This document shows, piece after piece, positions 23,268 through 32,512 of a stretch of DNA of 39,323 nt. Below the pieces are notes generated by a model, which saw nothing but the letters and a program-made list of their open reading frames with translations, was not told where the DNA came from and ran no database searches. Every line of letters starts with the position of its first letter. Position 1 is the first letter of the stretch. Made by a program: the position numbers and the translations under genes. Source of the stretch: a virus; the IMG/VR virus record IMGVR_UViG_3300045201_000011, positions 1 to 39,323 of that record; one strand, given 5' to 3'.

Positions 23268-24812
23268 TTATTCCTGCTGGGCTTCTGGTTTAAGATTGTC
23301 TCTGACAGCTCCGGCTAGTTCAGGAATGAACTGCTGGCCCATTGCCTGCATCATCTTCTGCTGTCTGGATTGCTGGACTTCTTCCTCACTTCGGACGAGG
23401 CCGTTAGCTTCAATACCGATAGCTGTAGCGGTGCGTTTGATGTAATCGCCAACATTCAGATATTCAGCGATTGCTTCGGGACCGAGAGGGGCAAGCCTCT
23501 GTAAGAGACTGTCGAGTTTGATCTGGTCATGTCCACGACCAAGGGCTTCTAGGCCAGTCGTGATTGTTGGTTTCACAACCTTCTCAGGCAATGGCGGGAG
23601 CTTCCGGGCGCGTTCAAGAGAGAACATGACGCGGCTTACAAGGGGAAGCTGTAGTTCCTGAGAGAGAATTGAATAAACACCACCTAGGGCATCTTCCAGT
23701 TCCCCGGCCATATAGCGGATTTCCTCCGCCGTTACCCGCTCACCCGCCCGTTGAATTGCAGAGTTGAGAAGGAAGGCCATTGCTAGACGCTGGGTAATTT
23801 CACCCATTGTCTCTTTTGCAATTCGGAAGTCTGCATATTTATCGAGTTGCAGAACGGAAACGTCATCCGCACTACCTGATCGAACAGCTCCGTTGGGAGC
23901 CTCAGCAATCACCCGCTTGTTCGTCGTTCCATTCGGATTGACGAGAATGAGGATTTTTGCTGCTGCGGCTGAGCCTTCGACAATCGCCTTAGTCAGCGTT
24001 TCGAGAGACTTGAGGTCACCGTAGTATTCCTCGACGTAACCCCGGCCATAGTCCTCGCCATCCACTTTCGTGAATCGTAGAGGAATCCAAGCTGATTTAT
24101 CCTTAGGATAAGAGCCTTCGGTTCCCGGAACCTTTTCGCCTAAAACCTCCTGATAAACTTGCCACATGCCCTTCACGAGCCTGACGTGGGTATAGAGGTC
24201 TAAGGTTTTGTCGGACGATAAGGCATTCTGGAAATGAGACTTAGCCCGTTCACCTAGCTTCTTAACGAAAGCCTCAGGCAGCGTATCGGGCGCAACCGTC
24301 TCTTTCGTTATGTGTTCCAGTACGTTACCCATTGGGTCGCGTTTGATAACGAACCTGTCTAGGCGGTAGGATTTCATCCCGCCATCAGGAGGGAGATAGA
24401 GAAGGCCATTACCGGAAACGATCAATAGCTTGAGAGCTTCGAAGACCGTGACGCGAATTGCGGCCCCTTCTATTTCGGTCATCACCGCACGTTCAACCTT
24501 GCCCAAGGCTTCTTCGATAACCGCCTTCATGCCTTCCTGCTGGGTGATTTCTTCAATTGTGAAATCGTCAATCAGGAGCCGGAAGATCGGAGTGTTCGGA
24601 GGGAACAGTGTGAGAAGAAGCTTTGAGGCCAGATTGTTGACGCCCCTTGCACCTACTCCTTGGAACGGAGTTGGCAGTGAGGCGTCACCATTATGGCCTT
24701 CGGCAGGGAGCAACGCGGGGATGGTAAGTTTGGCGGCTGCTCTTGCTCGTGTAAGGAACGGAAGGCGCAGCCGCTCAAGCTGCGAATATCGCGCAGCAGC
24801 GGTTTTAGCCAT
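23268..24812 (-). CDS. Portal / head-tail connector protein (T7 gp8-like)
   Basis: 514 aa. Size, position and overall composition match the T7 connector. Confidence 0.85.
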   Translation of the reverse strand: MAKTAAARYSQLERLRLPFLTRARAAAKLTIPALLPAEGHNGDASLPTPFQGVGARGVNNLASKLLLTLFPPNTPIFRLLIDDFTIEEITQQEGMKAVIEEALGKVERAVMTEIEGAAIRVTVFEALKLLIVSGNGLLYLPPDGGMKSYRLDRFVIKRDPMGNVLEHITKETVAPDTLPEAFVKKLGERAKSHFQNALSSDKTLDLYTHVRLVKGMWQVYQEVLGEKVPGTEGSYPKDKSAWIPLRFTKVDGEDYGRGYVEEYYGDLKSLETLTKAIVEGSAAAAKILILVNPNGTTNKRVIAEAPNGAVRSGSADDVSVLQLDKYADFRIAKETMGEITQRLAMAFLLNSAIQRAGERVTAEEIRYMAGELEDALGGVYSILSQELQLPLVSRVMFSLERARKLPPLPEKVVKPTITTGLEALGRGHDQIKLDSLLQRLAPLGPEAIAEYLNVGDYIKRTATAIGIEANGLVRSEEEVQQSRQQKMMQAMGQQFIPELAGAVRDNLKPEAQQE

Positions 24813-24824
24813 TCGAGGTTGTCC

Positions 24825-25043
24825 TTACGCCTGTGGAATATTCAAGCCGGTTGAGCCGCCTGTATTCCCAGCGTCGAGCTTAATACGGAGAGAGTTGCGT
24901 CCCTTGCGTCGAGAACGCTGGACTGCATTTTCATTGTCACCTTCATCGCGAACCACATCACCCTGAGAGGTCGATGCGGATTCAGCAGGAGGTGGAGGAG
25001 CTTGTGCGGGTGTCTGTGTTTTAGGCACCTTAGGTTTACACAT
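24825..25043 (-). CDS. T7 gp6.7-like small virion protein
   Basis: N-terminus MCKPKVPKTQTP parallels T7 gp6.7 MCFSPKIKTPK. Basic C-terminus. Position is just before the portal. Confidence 0.55.
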   Translation of the reverse strand: MCKPKVPKTQTPAQAPPPPAESASTSQGDVVRDEGDNENAVQRSRRKGRNSLRIKLDAGNTGGSTGLNIPQA

Positions 25044-25233
25044 CGGGTTTCCTTCGGATGCGGCTACCCTGCTGCTCTTTGAACTGGCATCGAAGAAATT
25101 GAATAATTCGCCCTTCCCCGCCCTTCATCCAAAGGTCTCGTTCATTCTGAGCTAGACTTGGATAAATTGGGGGAAATCGCTTTTCGAGTTCAGTAATCAA
25201 AGCCTCAGGGATTGGAGGGAATTGATCATTCAT
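25036..25233 (-). CDS. Hypothetical protein (65 aa)
   Basis: First ORF downstream of promoter P2. Overlaps the next gene by 8 nt. Confidence 0.45.
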   Translation of the reverse strand: MNDQFPPIPEALITELEKRFPPIYPSLAQNERDLWMKGGEGRIIQFLRCQFKEQQGSRIRRKPDV

Positions 25234-25248
25234 GGAAAACTAAATTTC

Positions 25249-25266
25249 CTATGGTGAGGGGTAATT
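25249..25266 (-). promoter_or_regulatory. Phage RNAP promoter P2 (AATTACCCCTCACCATAG)
   Basis: 18/18 to consensus. Heads the structural (late) gene block. Confidence 0.85.
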
Positions 25267-25846
25267 AGAAGCGGGTAACAGCTTCGGAGACGGAAGCTTC
25301 AAGATCATCGATAGTCCCGTCATTGATTAGCGCCTTGTCAAAGGCATGATTTGAAAGGAGACCTTCCGAGGGGTGACCTGATACTGAGATTTCCACGCGT
25401 GGGTTGTAGATGCACCAAGCTTCTCCACCCATGGATTTAACAAGGTCGTACTCATTCGGGAAACGAAGGTCGTCAATGACCACTCGCTTGCCCTGCTCCA
25501 CAATCTTGCGGGCTTTACGGGCTGCTATGGTCGTCCAAAGGTTCGGGTCGATATTGGCCCGTCCCCATTCAACGCCAAGCGTCTGCATGATTTTACGGGT
25601 GGTGAGGTTATCAAAGCCAAACTCAGTGAGGGGTTCTTCCTTCCGGTGCCCCTCAACAAAATCTTCGAGCTGGTCTTTCGGTACGCCGATCTGTTCAAGG
25701 AAGCAGCGTGTCATGGCCTTCAATGGGTCAGCGAACTTCACGTTCTGAAAACCCAGCCCCTTGGTGAGGAACTGGGTTGCCGTTGACTTTCCCATCTGTG
25801 CCGCTGGTGAGTAAAAGGCAATCAGACTGGGGTTTTTGGTGTCCAT
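25265..25846 (-). CDS. P-loop dNMP-kinase-like protein
   Basis: 193 aa. P-loop SPAAQMGKST and the VIDDLRFPNE motif are recalled from phage deoxynucleoside-monophosphate kinases. Confidence 0.5.
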   Translation of the reverse strand: MDTKNPSLIAFYSPAAQMGKSTATQFLTKGLGFQNVKFADPLKAMTRCFLEQIGVPKDQLEDFVEGHRKEEPLTEFGFDNLTTRKIMQTLGVEWGRANIDPNLWTTIAARKARKIVEQGKRVVIDDLRFPNEYDLVKSMGGEAWCIYNPRVEISVSGHPSEGLLSNHAFDKALINDGTIDDLEASVSEAVTRF

Positions 25847-26655
25847 AGGATTGGTTTCTTATTCTTGAAATCGTAGTCGGATGCACGGAGGATGCGAGCG
25901 ACACGGGCTTGCTGGAGGGCGTCTTGTTCTGAGAGACCGGCTGCATTGAAGTGTGAAACGACTACGGACCAGAAGTCACCCATTTCGACTTCCTGCCAGC
26001 GCGTCTCGGTCTGTCCCTTCCGAGGCCCGCTTTTAAGGGTATGCTCGTAAGGCTCCACGCCTAGAAGGTTTTTGAGCGCCTTCTCTGCTGCCATAGGACC
26101 ACTGCCCGGACAGCCTGCATAACCGTCCGTAGTATCACCGATGAGCGTTTGATAGAGATGCCAGTAATCAGCCTCGGCTTCTGTGATTTCCATAATGCCG
26201 TCTTCGAGACGGTGACAGAAAAGGCCGGGAATGGTCTTCATGTCTTTATCAATTGACACGATAACCTTTTCACCCTTGATCACATTGGCTGTCGCAAGGA
26301 TGCCCATGCAGTCGTCACCTTCGAGGCCAGGTCGAAAGTAAGCTTCATGCTCATCAATTAGCCACTGCTTAATTGCCTTTAAAACCAATGGCTTCTTAAT
26401 GCTCTTTCGATTTCCTTTGTAAGAAGGGAGAACATCGAAGCGGAAATTACCTTCACTATCGGTAAGACAGAGTTTCATCGCGGTGCCCTTAAGCTCGTCC
26501 ATATAACGGTCGAGTATTTCAAGCACGGATGCCTTCACTGCGTTTTCATCACAGTGCCAAGTCCAATAACCATCTCCCCAGTTCGTTGCCACTTCGTTAG
26601 ACGCGGCAGCGTTGTAGGCCACCACGTCAGCATCAATAAGGAGAGTACGCTCCAT
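25822..26655 (-). CDS. 5'-3' exonuclease (T7 gp6-like)
   Basis: Blocks YKGNRKSIKKPL, LEGDDCMGILA, VSIDKDMKTIPG, ADYWHLYQTLIGDTTDGYAG and ARILRASDYDF parallel T7 gp6. Confidence 0.9.
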   Translation of the reverse strand: MERTLLIDADVVAYNAAASNEVATNWGDGYWTWHCDENAVKASVLEILDRYMDELKGTAMKLCLTDSEGNFRFDVLPSYKGNRKSIKKPLVLKAIKQWLIDEHEAYFRPGLEGDDCMGILATANVIKGEKVIVSIDKDMKTIPGLFCHRLEDGIMEITEAEADYWHLYQTLIGDTTDGYAGCPGSGPMAAEKALKNLLGVEPYEHTLKSGPRKGQTETRWQEVEMGDFWSVVVSHFNAAGLSEQDALQQARVARILRASDYDFKNKKPILWTPKTPV

Positions 26656-26843
26656 CAGGCAAACCAGCCAAGATATGCGCCGATGATCGGGATGATTACA
26701 CCGAGAACTCGGAGGATGAACAAGGCAGTGACTTCGCCTGCTGCACTATAAAATAGATCGATGATGTTCATCACCCAGCCGATCAAAAGAAGGACGACAA
26801 AGATTACCCATACGCTGACAGCAGCGATGCTTGCATTTTTCAT
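26655..26843 (-). CDS. Small two-TM membrane protein
   Basis: 62 aa, almost entirely hydrophobic. Its stop overlaps the exonuclease start (ATGA). Confidence 0.5.
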   Translation of the reverse strand: MKNASIAAVSVWVIFVVLLLIGWVMNIIDLFYSAAGEVTALFILRVLGVIIPIIGAYLGWFA

Positions 26844-26858
26844 GATTTTTCCAGTGAG

Positions 26859-27236
26859 TTAGCGCCGAAGGAGTGAAGGATACAGTGAGCGTAGAACTTC
26901 TGCTGTGACCGCCTCGGCAATTTCTTTGTAAATTATTTCGTCCAGTTGCTTTGCTTCACTCGCACTAACCGAAACACGCGCCTCACAAGCCTTGCCATTA
27001 AGCTTAAAGAATATGAGGTATGTATCTTTCCATTCGAGGGGAGAGCGAACTAGTTGGGCTGTAACGAATTGTGCCTGAATGCCTTCGATCTGTTGGCATA
27101 CAGTCTCTTTGAACTTCTCAAGAGCTTTCGCTTCAATTTCACCATATAGCCTCGCTGCGTCAGCGGCATCGTTCGGCTGCTGGTAAACCTCGGTTGAATT
27201 GTAAGTGTTACCACCGCGATAATACCGATTGAGCAT
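26859..27236 (-). CDS. Hypothetical protein
   Basis: ORF track gives 26859..27239 (TTG). ATG at 27236 overlaps the upstream stop. Confidence 0.5.
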   Translation of the reverse strand: MLNRYYRGGNTYNSTEVYQQPNDAADAARLYGEIEAKALEKFKETVCQQIEGIQAQFVTAQLVRSPLEWKDTYLIFFKLNGKACEARVSVSASEAKQLDEIIYKEIAEAVTAEVLRSLYPSLLRR

Positions 27237-27472
27237 CAACTCTCACCGCGTAAGAGATGAAGATGCTGGATACCGGCAGCAGTCACCCGCCACTCTCGAC
27301 CGTAGAGGCCGGTAGCAATGCGTGTAGTAATAAAGCCATCCGAAGCAGCCATAGCTACGGAGTCCGCATGTTCCCTTGCAAAGTCGCTTTTGGTCTTGAA
27401 TGGGGAATGCCAAGCGCGGCTGAGAACGTCAGTGAGTTTCTTTCCAGTTGTTGCCAATCTTGTATTCTCCAT
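27236..27472 (-). CDS. Hypothetical protein (78 aa), 5' end overlapping the DNA polymerase 3' end
   Basis: ORF track gives 27236..27745 in another frame of the polymerase gene. Trimmed to ATG 27472 (MENTRLATTG...). No clear RBS. Confidence 0.35.
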   Translation of the reverse strand: MENTRLATTGKKLTDVLSRAWHSPFKTKSDFAREHADSVAMAASDGFITTRIATGLYGREWRVTAAGIQHLHLLRGES

Positions 27473-29426
27473 CAATCGGGCAGCGGAAGTTGAAGTGTTC
27501 GGTGCAAGCCCGCATGGAATTGACGAGGACTTCGCCAACTTCATCTGAAATCGCCTCTCGGCAATCGACCTGCATTTCGTCGTGGACGTGCGCCACGAAA
27601 GCAAAATCACGTCCGAATACATATCCACGTCTGCATAGTTCTTGATAAGCAAAGACAGTCGCCTGCTTTGCGATGAGCGCTCCAGCGGATTGCAGGAGAG
27701 TATTGAGGGCAGCATGAGCCGACCGTATGTGGAGCCTTCGACCATCTAAGCCGATCAAATAACCACGTTCAGCCGCCTTAGCGACCGCTTCACGAAGCTT
27801 CTTGATAGCAGGGGTTTTGTCTAGGAAGGTCTTCTTGAGCTTCTTACCTACCCGTTTGAGGTCGTCCTCATCAGGGTTTGGTTTGTAGCCAAGCTCAGTA
27901 CCTTTTGCCGGGAAGTATTTTTTGAATACCGAACAACCTAGACCGTCTCGGACTTCACGCATTGCAATGTCGAGAACGATGCTTCCGGCTTTCGCATCAC
28001 CGGCTCCATAAAGGAAACCGTAGATGAATGTCTTCGCACCGTTTCGGAATAGCTTATGGATTGGGTATCGGTCTTCATCTCGCTCTGTGCCGTGAGAAAC
28101 AAAACCAAGAGCAACCACGTTCGCCCAGTGAATATCGCCCTCAAGCAGGACGCGGCCATATTCCCCATCATCATAGCGAGCCATGAAGTGAGCAAGACAG
28201 CGTAATTCCAAGCCTGAAAGATCAGCACCTACGAGCTTCCTTCCTTTTGCTACGCCAAACAGTGCGCGGCAATCTTCACCATAGGGGGAGCCAACGGAGG
28301 GCACTTGCGCCACGTTAGGCCGTGAGTGTGTGCATCTCCCGGTAACAGCACCGTTCGTATTGACTCCTCCATGGATGCGACCTCGTCTAACAAGACGTAG
28401 CCATGCTTGGTCCCCCTCAGCGAGTTGGCCGATACGCTTTTCGATGAGGAAGTGCTGAGCGAGAACCTTGGCTTCGGGCCACGGGAGTTTCGATAGAATT
28501 GTTTCGTCAACTTTGGGCTGTCCATTTGGCGTAAACTCTTCTGGCTTCCAGCCAAAATCGATGAGGCGTTTCGCAATCATCTGACGTGAGCTGGGATTGA
28601 ACTCGACCACCTTTTCCTTGTAGGTCGGGACGCCCTTCACGTACCCCTTGGCCTTATTGTTGACCTTGGGAATGAATGGGATGCGTTCTGTTACGGGTGG
28701 GAAGCTGGTCTTAAGCTTCTCAGCTATCTCCTGCCGCTTCGCGATGAGGACGGCATAGAGACGAGCTGCTGCTTCTTCATTGAAGCCGAAGCCATAGCGT
28801 TCCTGCTGAGCAATAATATCCGCGAACTGATGTTCGAGCTTGATTGCCTGAGGAGAATAGTTCTTGTCACAGATGCGTTCGAACAGTTTGCGAGTAACTA
28901 CAATGTCCTGTTCGCAATAGGTCTGCATCTCCGGGTTCCAGTTGGCCCAAGGGTCCAGCCCTTGTTCCTGCATCGACTTCGAATAGTCACCCTTCCACTC
29001 ACCGAGGCGTAAGCCCCAAGCTTCAAGACCGTGTGAGCCGATAAGCTTTCCGGGAAACTTTCCCTTACGTGACTGCTTAGTGTCGAAGTCGCCAATAGCC
29101 GGGAAGATCAAGCGAGAAAGCACAAGAGTATCAATGATTTCACCCTGAGGCTTAAACCATTTGAATAGCTTTTGGATTGCCGGAATATCGAACTTGATGA
29201 TGTTGTGACCGATGAGTTCTTCCGCTTCCATAAGTTTGCGGACGGCCTCTTCGATAGAAATAGTGATCACGATACCCGCCTCTTCTGCGGGATTCTTCCA
29301 GTTGTCGGCGTGATCATGGGCTGAGTAAATCAGTGCTGTATCCAAGTCCTCAAAGCAAAGGCTATGGATGCACGAGGTTTGTTCCAGCAGCCCATTAGTC
29401 TCAATGTCAAAACAAAGACGAGACAT
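27429..29426 (-). CDS. Family A DNA polymerase (T7 gp5-like)
   Basis: Start trimmed to ATG 29426 (MSRLCFDIETNG = ExoI motif; GAGAGG RBS). Pol motifs include ...DLSGLELR... and ...HDEMQV.... Confidence 0.9.
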   Translation of the reverse strand: MSRLCFDIETNGLLEQTSCIHSLCFEDLDTALIYSAHDHADNWKNPAEEAGIVITISIEEAVRKLMEAEELIGHNIIKFDIPAIQKLFKWFKPQGEIIDTLVLSRLIFPAIGDFDTKQSRKGKFPGKLIGSHGLEAWGLRLGEWKGDYSKSMQEQGLDPWANWNPEMQTYCEQDIVVTRKLFERICDKNYSPQAIKLEHQFADIIAQQERYGFGFNEEAAARLYAVLIAKRQEIAEKLKTSFPPVTERIPFIPKVNNKAKGYVKGVPTYKEKVVEFNPSSRQMIAKRLIDFGWKPEEFTPNGQPKVDETILSKLPWPEAKVLAQHFLIEKRIGQLAEGDQAWLRLVRRGRIHGGVNTNGAVTGRCTHSRPNVAQVPSVGSPYGEDCRALFGVAKGRKLVGADLSGLELRCLAHFMARYDDGEYGRVLLEGDIHWANVVALGFVSHGTERDEDRYPIHKLFRNGAKTFIYGFLYGAGDAKAGSIVLDIAMREVRDGLGCSVFKKYFPAKGTELGYKPNPDEDDLKRVGKKLKKTFLDKTPAIKKLREAVAKAAERGYLIGLDGRRLHIRSAHAALNTLLQSAGALIAKQATVFAYQELCRRGYVFGRDFAFVAHVHDEMQVDCREAISDEVGEVLVNSMRACTEHFNFRCPIDGEYKIGNNWKETH

Positions 29427-29496
29427 GGTGCTGTCCTCTCTCAGGAGTGACGCCTCACAGGAATGCACCTGTGAAGCTATATGCATTAGTGGATGA

Positions 29497-29949
29497 TTAC
29501 AGGCGGAAAGCGTTCATCAGTTCCGCATGAGTTGCAGGGCGAGCGCTGGAGCCATATTGAAAGGCAAGGAGTTGGTCCTTGAGCTTCTTTTTCTCAGCAC
29601 GTAGAACCACAATTTCAGAGCGCATAAAGAACGTCGCAGTCTGAACTTCTTCCAAAGAGAAGCGTTTGTCAGTTCGGACCTCAGCCTTTGCAGCCTTCAA
29701 CGACTTCCTGAGTTCCCTCGTCTTCGCACGGGTCTTGCGCCCCTGCTGTTTCAGAAACTCGACATTGTATTTTTCAAGATTGACCTCGGCTTCCAGATTG
29801 GAAACTAGCTCACGGAGCTTCCGAATAGTCGCAGCCTGAGAAGCAGTTCCTTCGACCAACATCTTGTTTTCGCGTTCGAGCTTTGCATGTTCAGATGCAA
29901 CCTCAGTAAGAGCGTTCATCGCTGGCAGAAGCTTTTCATATGCGTTCAT
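29497..29949 (-). CDS. Coiled-coil hypothetical protein, flanked on both sides by GTGGATA-box motifs
   Basis: 150 aa with heptad-rich Lys/Glu/Leu composition. Confidence 0.55.
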   Translation of the reverse strand: MNAYEKLLPAMNALTEVASEHAKLERENKMLVEGTASQAATIRKLRELVSNLEAEVNLEKYNVEFLKQQGRKTRAKTRELRKSLKAAKAEVRTDKRFSLEEVQTATFFMRSEIVVLRAEKKKLKDQLLAFQYGSSARPATHAELMNAFRL

Positions 29950-29979
29950 GAGTTTGTTTCCATATGTGGATAGATTAAA

Positions 29980-31626
29980 TCAAAACGGAATTTCATCGTC
30001 CCCGGACGTGGTTTCGTCCTTGAACGGTATATTTTCTTCATCTTCGGGAGGTGTGGTTTCGAAGAGCTTTCCACTGTCTCGGTCATAACCAAGATGGATG
30101 ACCTCGCCTGTAGCGCGGCCTGTGTATCGGTCCTTGAGAACGCGGAAGGTAGTGATTGAACGCCACCGTTCATCCTCATGCTGCTGGTCCCGTTCGAGGC
30201 CGAACATGAAGAATGACCAAAAGCCGATAGACCGGGAGCCTTTGAAGTGCCTGATCATAACGCGGCCACCCTCTTCGTGAGGTTTGCCTTCCGGGGTCGC
30301 AAGGTGTGAGATGAAGTGAATGATGATGTTCAGCTCTTGGGCCAACATCGCCATGTCCTTCATGACAACTTCCAAGCTTTCCTTTTCCTTCTCAGGGTCA
30401 GCAAGAGCGGTCAGGTGGTCAAGATAGAAGATGCGTACGCCTTCACTGTGCGCCATGAAGCGGATAGCTCCAGCGATAACGTCCCAGTCTGCGGAGCCGA
30501 AGCTGTCATAGAATGAGAGACGGTCATCCTGATCAAGCTTTTCAATGACTTCGGACAACTCGTCCTTGGTCCAGCTCCCATCAGGAATGTGGAAGGTTTT
30601 GCCAGCGAACTTACCAGCAACGCGCTTGGCTGTTTCGGCGGGTTTCTGTTCGAGGAAGAAAAGCCCTACCTTCTGGCTAAGCTCCAGCACATCGAACTGG
30701 ATTTGCTGGGTAAATAAATCGGTCTTTCCTATCCCCGTCCCGGCACCGAAGCCATAAACTTCACCCCAGCGGCGACCATAGGTAATCTCGGTCAGTCTTG
30801 GTATGAACCACGGTAATCCCATTTCAGGGTCGCGAAGGACTTCATCCATAATGTCCGAAAGTTTCACAATGCCGTCTGGTCTGTGAACCTTTGCGTTCCA
30901 AATGGCTTGAACAATCTGGTCAGCTTCTCCAGCCTTCAGGTGTTCATTGGCATCCTTGCGAGAAAGTGAGGCGACCTTAGCCTTGCCAGCCGGGAAAAGC
31001 GCCAAGCAATCAAGTGTCGCCGCCCTCCCCGGTTCATCGCCATCAAACATTAGGACGACTTCCTGAAAGGTGTTAAGCCATTCGAGATGCTTAGACAGGG
31101 ACTTCTTTGCGCCCTGCGCTCCGTTTGGGATGGAAACGACCGGCCACTTATTCCCTTGAGCCTGAGAGACTGACATTGCATCAATCTCCCCCTCGGTGAT
31201 TACCACGCGGCGACCACCTGACGGCCAAAGCTGTTGCCCGAAGAGCAAGGCTTCTTTCATTGAGCCGATAACCGAGAAGTTCTTATCGGCATCTCGTGTC
31301 TTTTGCGCTACGAGATTTCCATCTGTGTCAAAGTAAGGTGCCGCCTGTACGAGCTTTTCGTCCCGGTTGCGGCCCACGATATAACCGAATTTTCGGCACG
31401 TCTCTTCTGTGATGCCGCGAGCTTTTAGCTGCGAGGCTTCTCCCCGAATTGGGTCAAACATTTTTGTTGCCTTGGATTTTGGAGACGGGGTGTCAGAGCC
31501 TTCCCCCGGCTCGTAATGTTCACAGCCGAAACAAAAGGCGTGACCGTCCGAGTAGCGGGCAAGGTTATCCTTGGAACCGCATGAGGGGCATGGCTCCTTG
31601 CGAATGAAGGAGCTGTCGTCTGTCAT
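29980..31626 (-). CDS. Primase-helicase (T7 gp4-like)
   Basis: Zn ribbon CPSCGSKDNL...CFGCEHY, a TOPRIM region (EGEIDAMS) and a helicase Walker A GFGAGTGIGKT. Confidence 0.9.
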   Translation of the reverse strand: MTDDSSFIRKEPCPSCGSKDNLARYSDGHAFCFGCEHYEPGEGSDTPSPKSKATKMFDPIRGEASQLKARGITEETCRKFGYIVGRNRDEKLVQAAPYFDTDGNLVAQKTRDADKNFSVIGSMKEALLFGQQLWPSGGRRVVITEGEIDAMSVSQAQGNKWPVVSIPNGAQGAKKSLSKHLEWLNTFQEVVLMFDGDEPGRAATLDCLALFPAGKAKVASLSRKDANEHLKAGEADQIVQAIWNAKVHRPDGIVKLSDIMDEVLRDPEMGLPWFIPRLTEITYGRRWGEVYGFGAGTGIGKTDLFTQQIQFDVLELSQKVGLFFLEQKPAETAKRVAGKFAGKTFHIPDGSWTKDELSEVIEKLDQDDRLSFYDSFGSADWDVIAGAIRFMAHSEGVRIFYLDHLTALADPEKEKESLEVVMKDMAMLAQELNIIIHFISHLATPEGKPHEEGGRVMIRHFKGSRSIGFWSFFMFGLERDQQHEDERWRSITTFRVLKDRYTGRATGEVIHLGYDRDSGKLFETTPPEDEENIPFKDETTSGDDEIPF

Positions 31627-31635
31627 GATTGAAGA

Positions 31636-31806
31636 TCACTCGTTCGGAAGGCTCTTGATGCCCTCCTCAATCAAACCTAGCGCCTCATCTTGAATGCTGG
31701 CGGCTTCGCTCATGTCCATGACACCGCGAGAGCAAGCTTTGAGAAGAGCCTTCTGATAAGATTGATTAATTAAGTCGAGAAGGTTCCTCAGAGCTGAACG
31801 CTTCAT
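31636..31806 (-). CDS. Hypothetical protein (start uncertain; the ORF track extends to a TTG at 31890)
   Basis: ATG at 31806 gives 56 aa (MKRSALRNLL...). No clear RBS. Confidence 0.3.
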   Translation of the reverse strand: MKRSALRNLLDLINQSYQKALLKACSRGVMDMSEAASIQDEALGLIEEGIKSLPNE

Positions 31807-31832
31807 GCGAACCAATGGCGGTTTCTGATCAA

Positions 31833-31949
31833 TCACAGTTGCCTCACTGTGAGCCAGAGGCCACTCCCCGGAGGTTGCGAAGTGCCACAACCGGAGAGAA
31901 TGATGAACAACGTGGTGAGGACGACCGCCGCGAATACGAAGCGGGCCAT
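31833..31949 (-). CDS. Candidate small lipoprotein (38 aa)
   Basis: Hand translation: MARFVFAAVVLTTLFIILSGCGTSQPPGSGLWLTVRQL. Has a basic N-region, a hydrophobic core and lipobox LSGC. Below the ORF-track cutoff. Confidence 0.35.
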   Translation of the reverse strand: MARFVFAAVVLTTLFIILSGCGTSQPPGSGLWLTVRQL

Positions 31950-31951
31950 TG

Positions 31952-32419
31952 TTAAACTCGGCGCGAACGAAGCTTGTATTCAGCGTAAGGACTACCCAGC
32001 GGGTCTTCCTTGATCACGGTGTCAAACTTAAAGCCTTCGGCCTTGAGGTCATGGACACGAGCTGCAAGACGGTAAGCACCATAAAGACCAATTGCTTCGA
32101 GCTGAGTTAGGCTGCGACCTGAGAGGAAATGAGCGCGGAGCTTTGCGATCTTGGTGTTTGTTTCCTTGATGCGCACCTTGCGCTTCTTAGGTGCTGGCTT
32201 TGGTTCAAAGTAAAGTTCGAAATTCTCAACATCGTAAGTACCGTTCATCTGTGAAGCCGCCTTGCCATCGGCGCGGTCCCACTCAACTCGAATGTCTGGT
32301 CCGGCAACGGCAATGACTTTTGCCTTAGCACCCGTTTCCGCTGCAAACAGCTTACGGCTACGAAGCTCCTCGGCTTTAAGGGTTACGGTATCGCCAACTT
32401 TAATGGTCTGCATTTTCAT
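31952..32419 (-). CDS. DNA-binding protein with a C-terminal winged-helix domain
   Basis: 155 aa. The C-terminal LTQLEAIGLYGAYRLAARVHDLKAEGFKF pattern is recalled from phage HTH proteins. Confidence 0.45.
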   Translation of the reverse strand: MKMQTIKVGDTVTLKAEELRSRKLFAAETGAKAKVIAVAGPDIRVEWDRADGKAASQMNGTYDVENFELYFEPKPAPKKRKVRIKETNTKIAKLRAHFLSGRSLTQLEAIGLYGAYRLAARVHDLKAEGFKFDTVIKEDPLGSPYAEYKLRSRRV

Positions 32420-32459
32420 TCCTATCGATTGTTGATTGCGTAATGACGCTGGAAAGAGA

Positions 32460-32486
32460 AAACCCCCGGCTGGATACCGAGGGTTT
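32460..32486 (-). other. Promoter-proximal hairpin plus U-tract downstream of P3
   Basis: Minus strand reads AAACCCUCGG-UAUCCAG-CCGGGGGUUU, then UCUCUUUCC. Shares GCCGGGGGUUUUCUC with the P4 module. Confidence 0.5.
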
Positions 32487-32494
32487 GTGAGCTG

Positions 32495-32512
32495 CTATGG
32501 TGAGGGGTAATT
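32495..32512 (-). promoter_or_regulatory. Phage RNAP promoter P3
   Basis: 18/18 to consensus. Overlaps the stop codon of ORF 32511..32834. Confidence 0.85.

Noticed and set aside
27473-27745. N-terminal 91 codons of ORF 27236..27745.
   Set aside because: This part lies in an alternative frame of the DNA polymerase C-terminus. Only the part from ATG 27472 was retained, and with low confidence.
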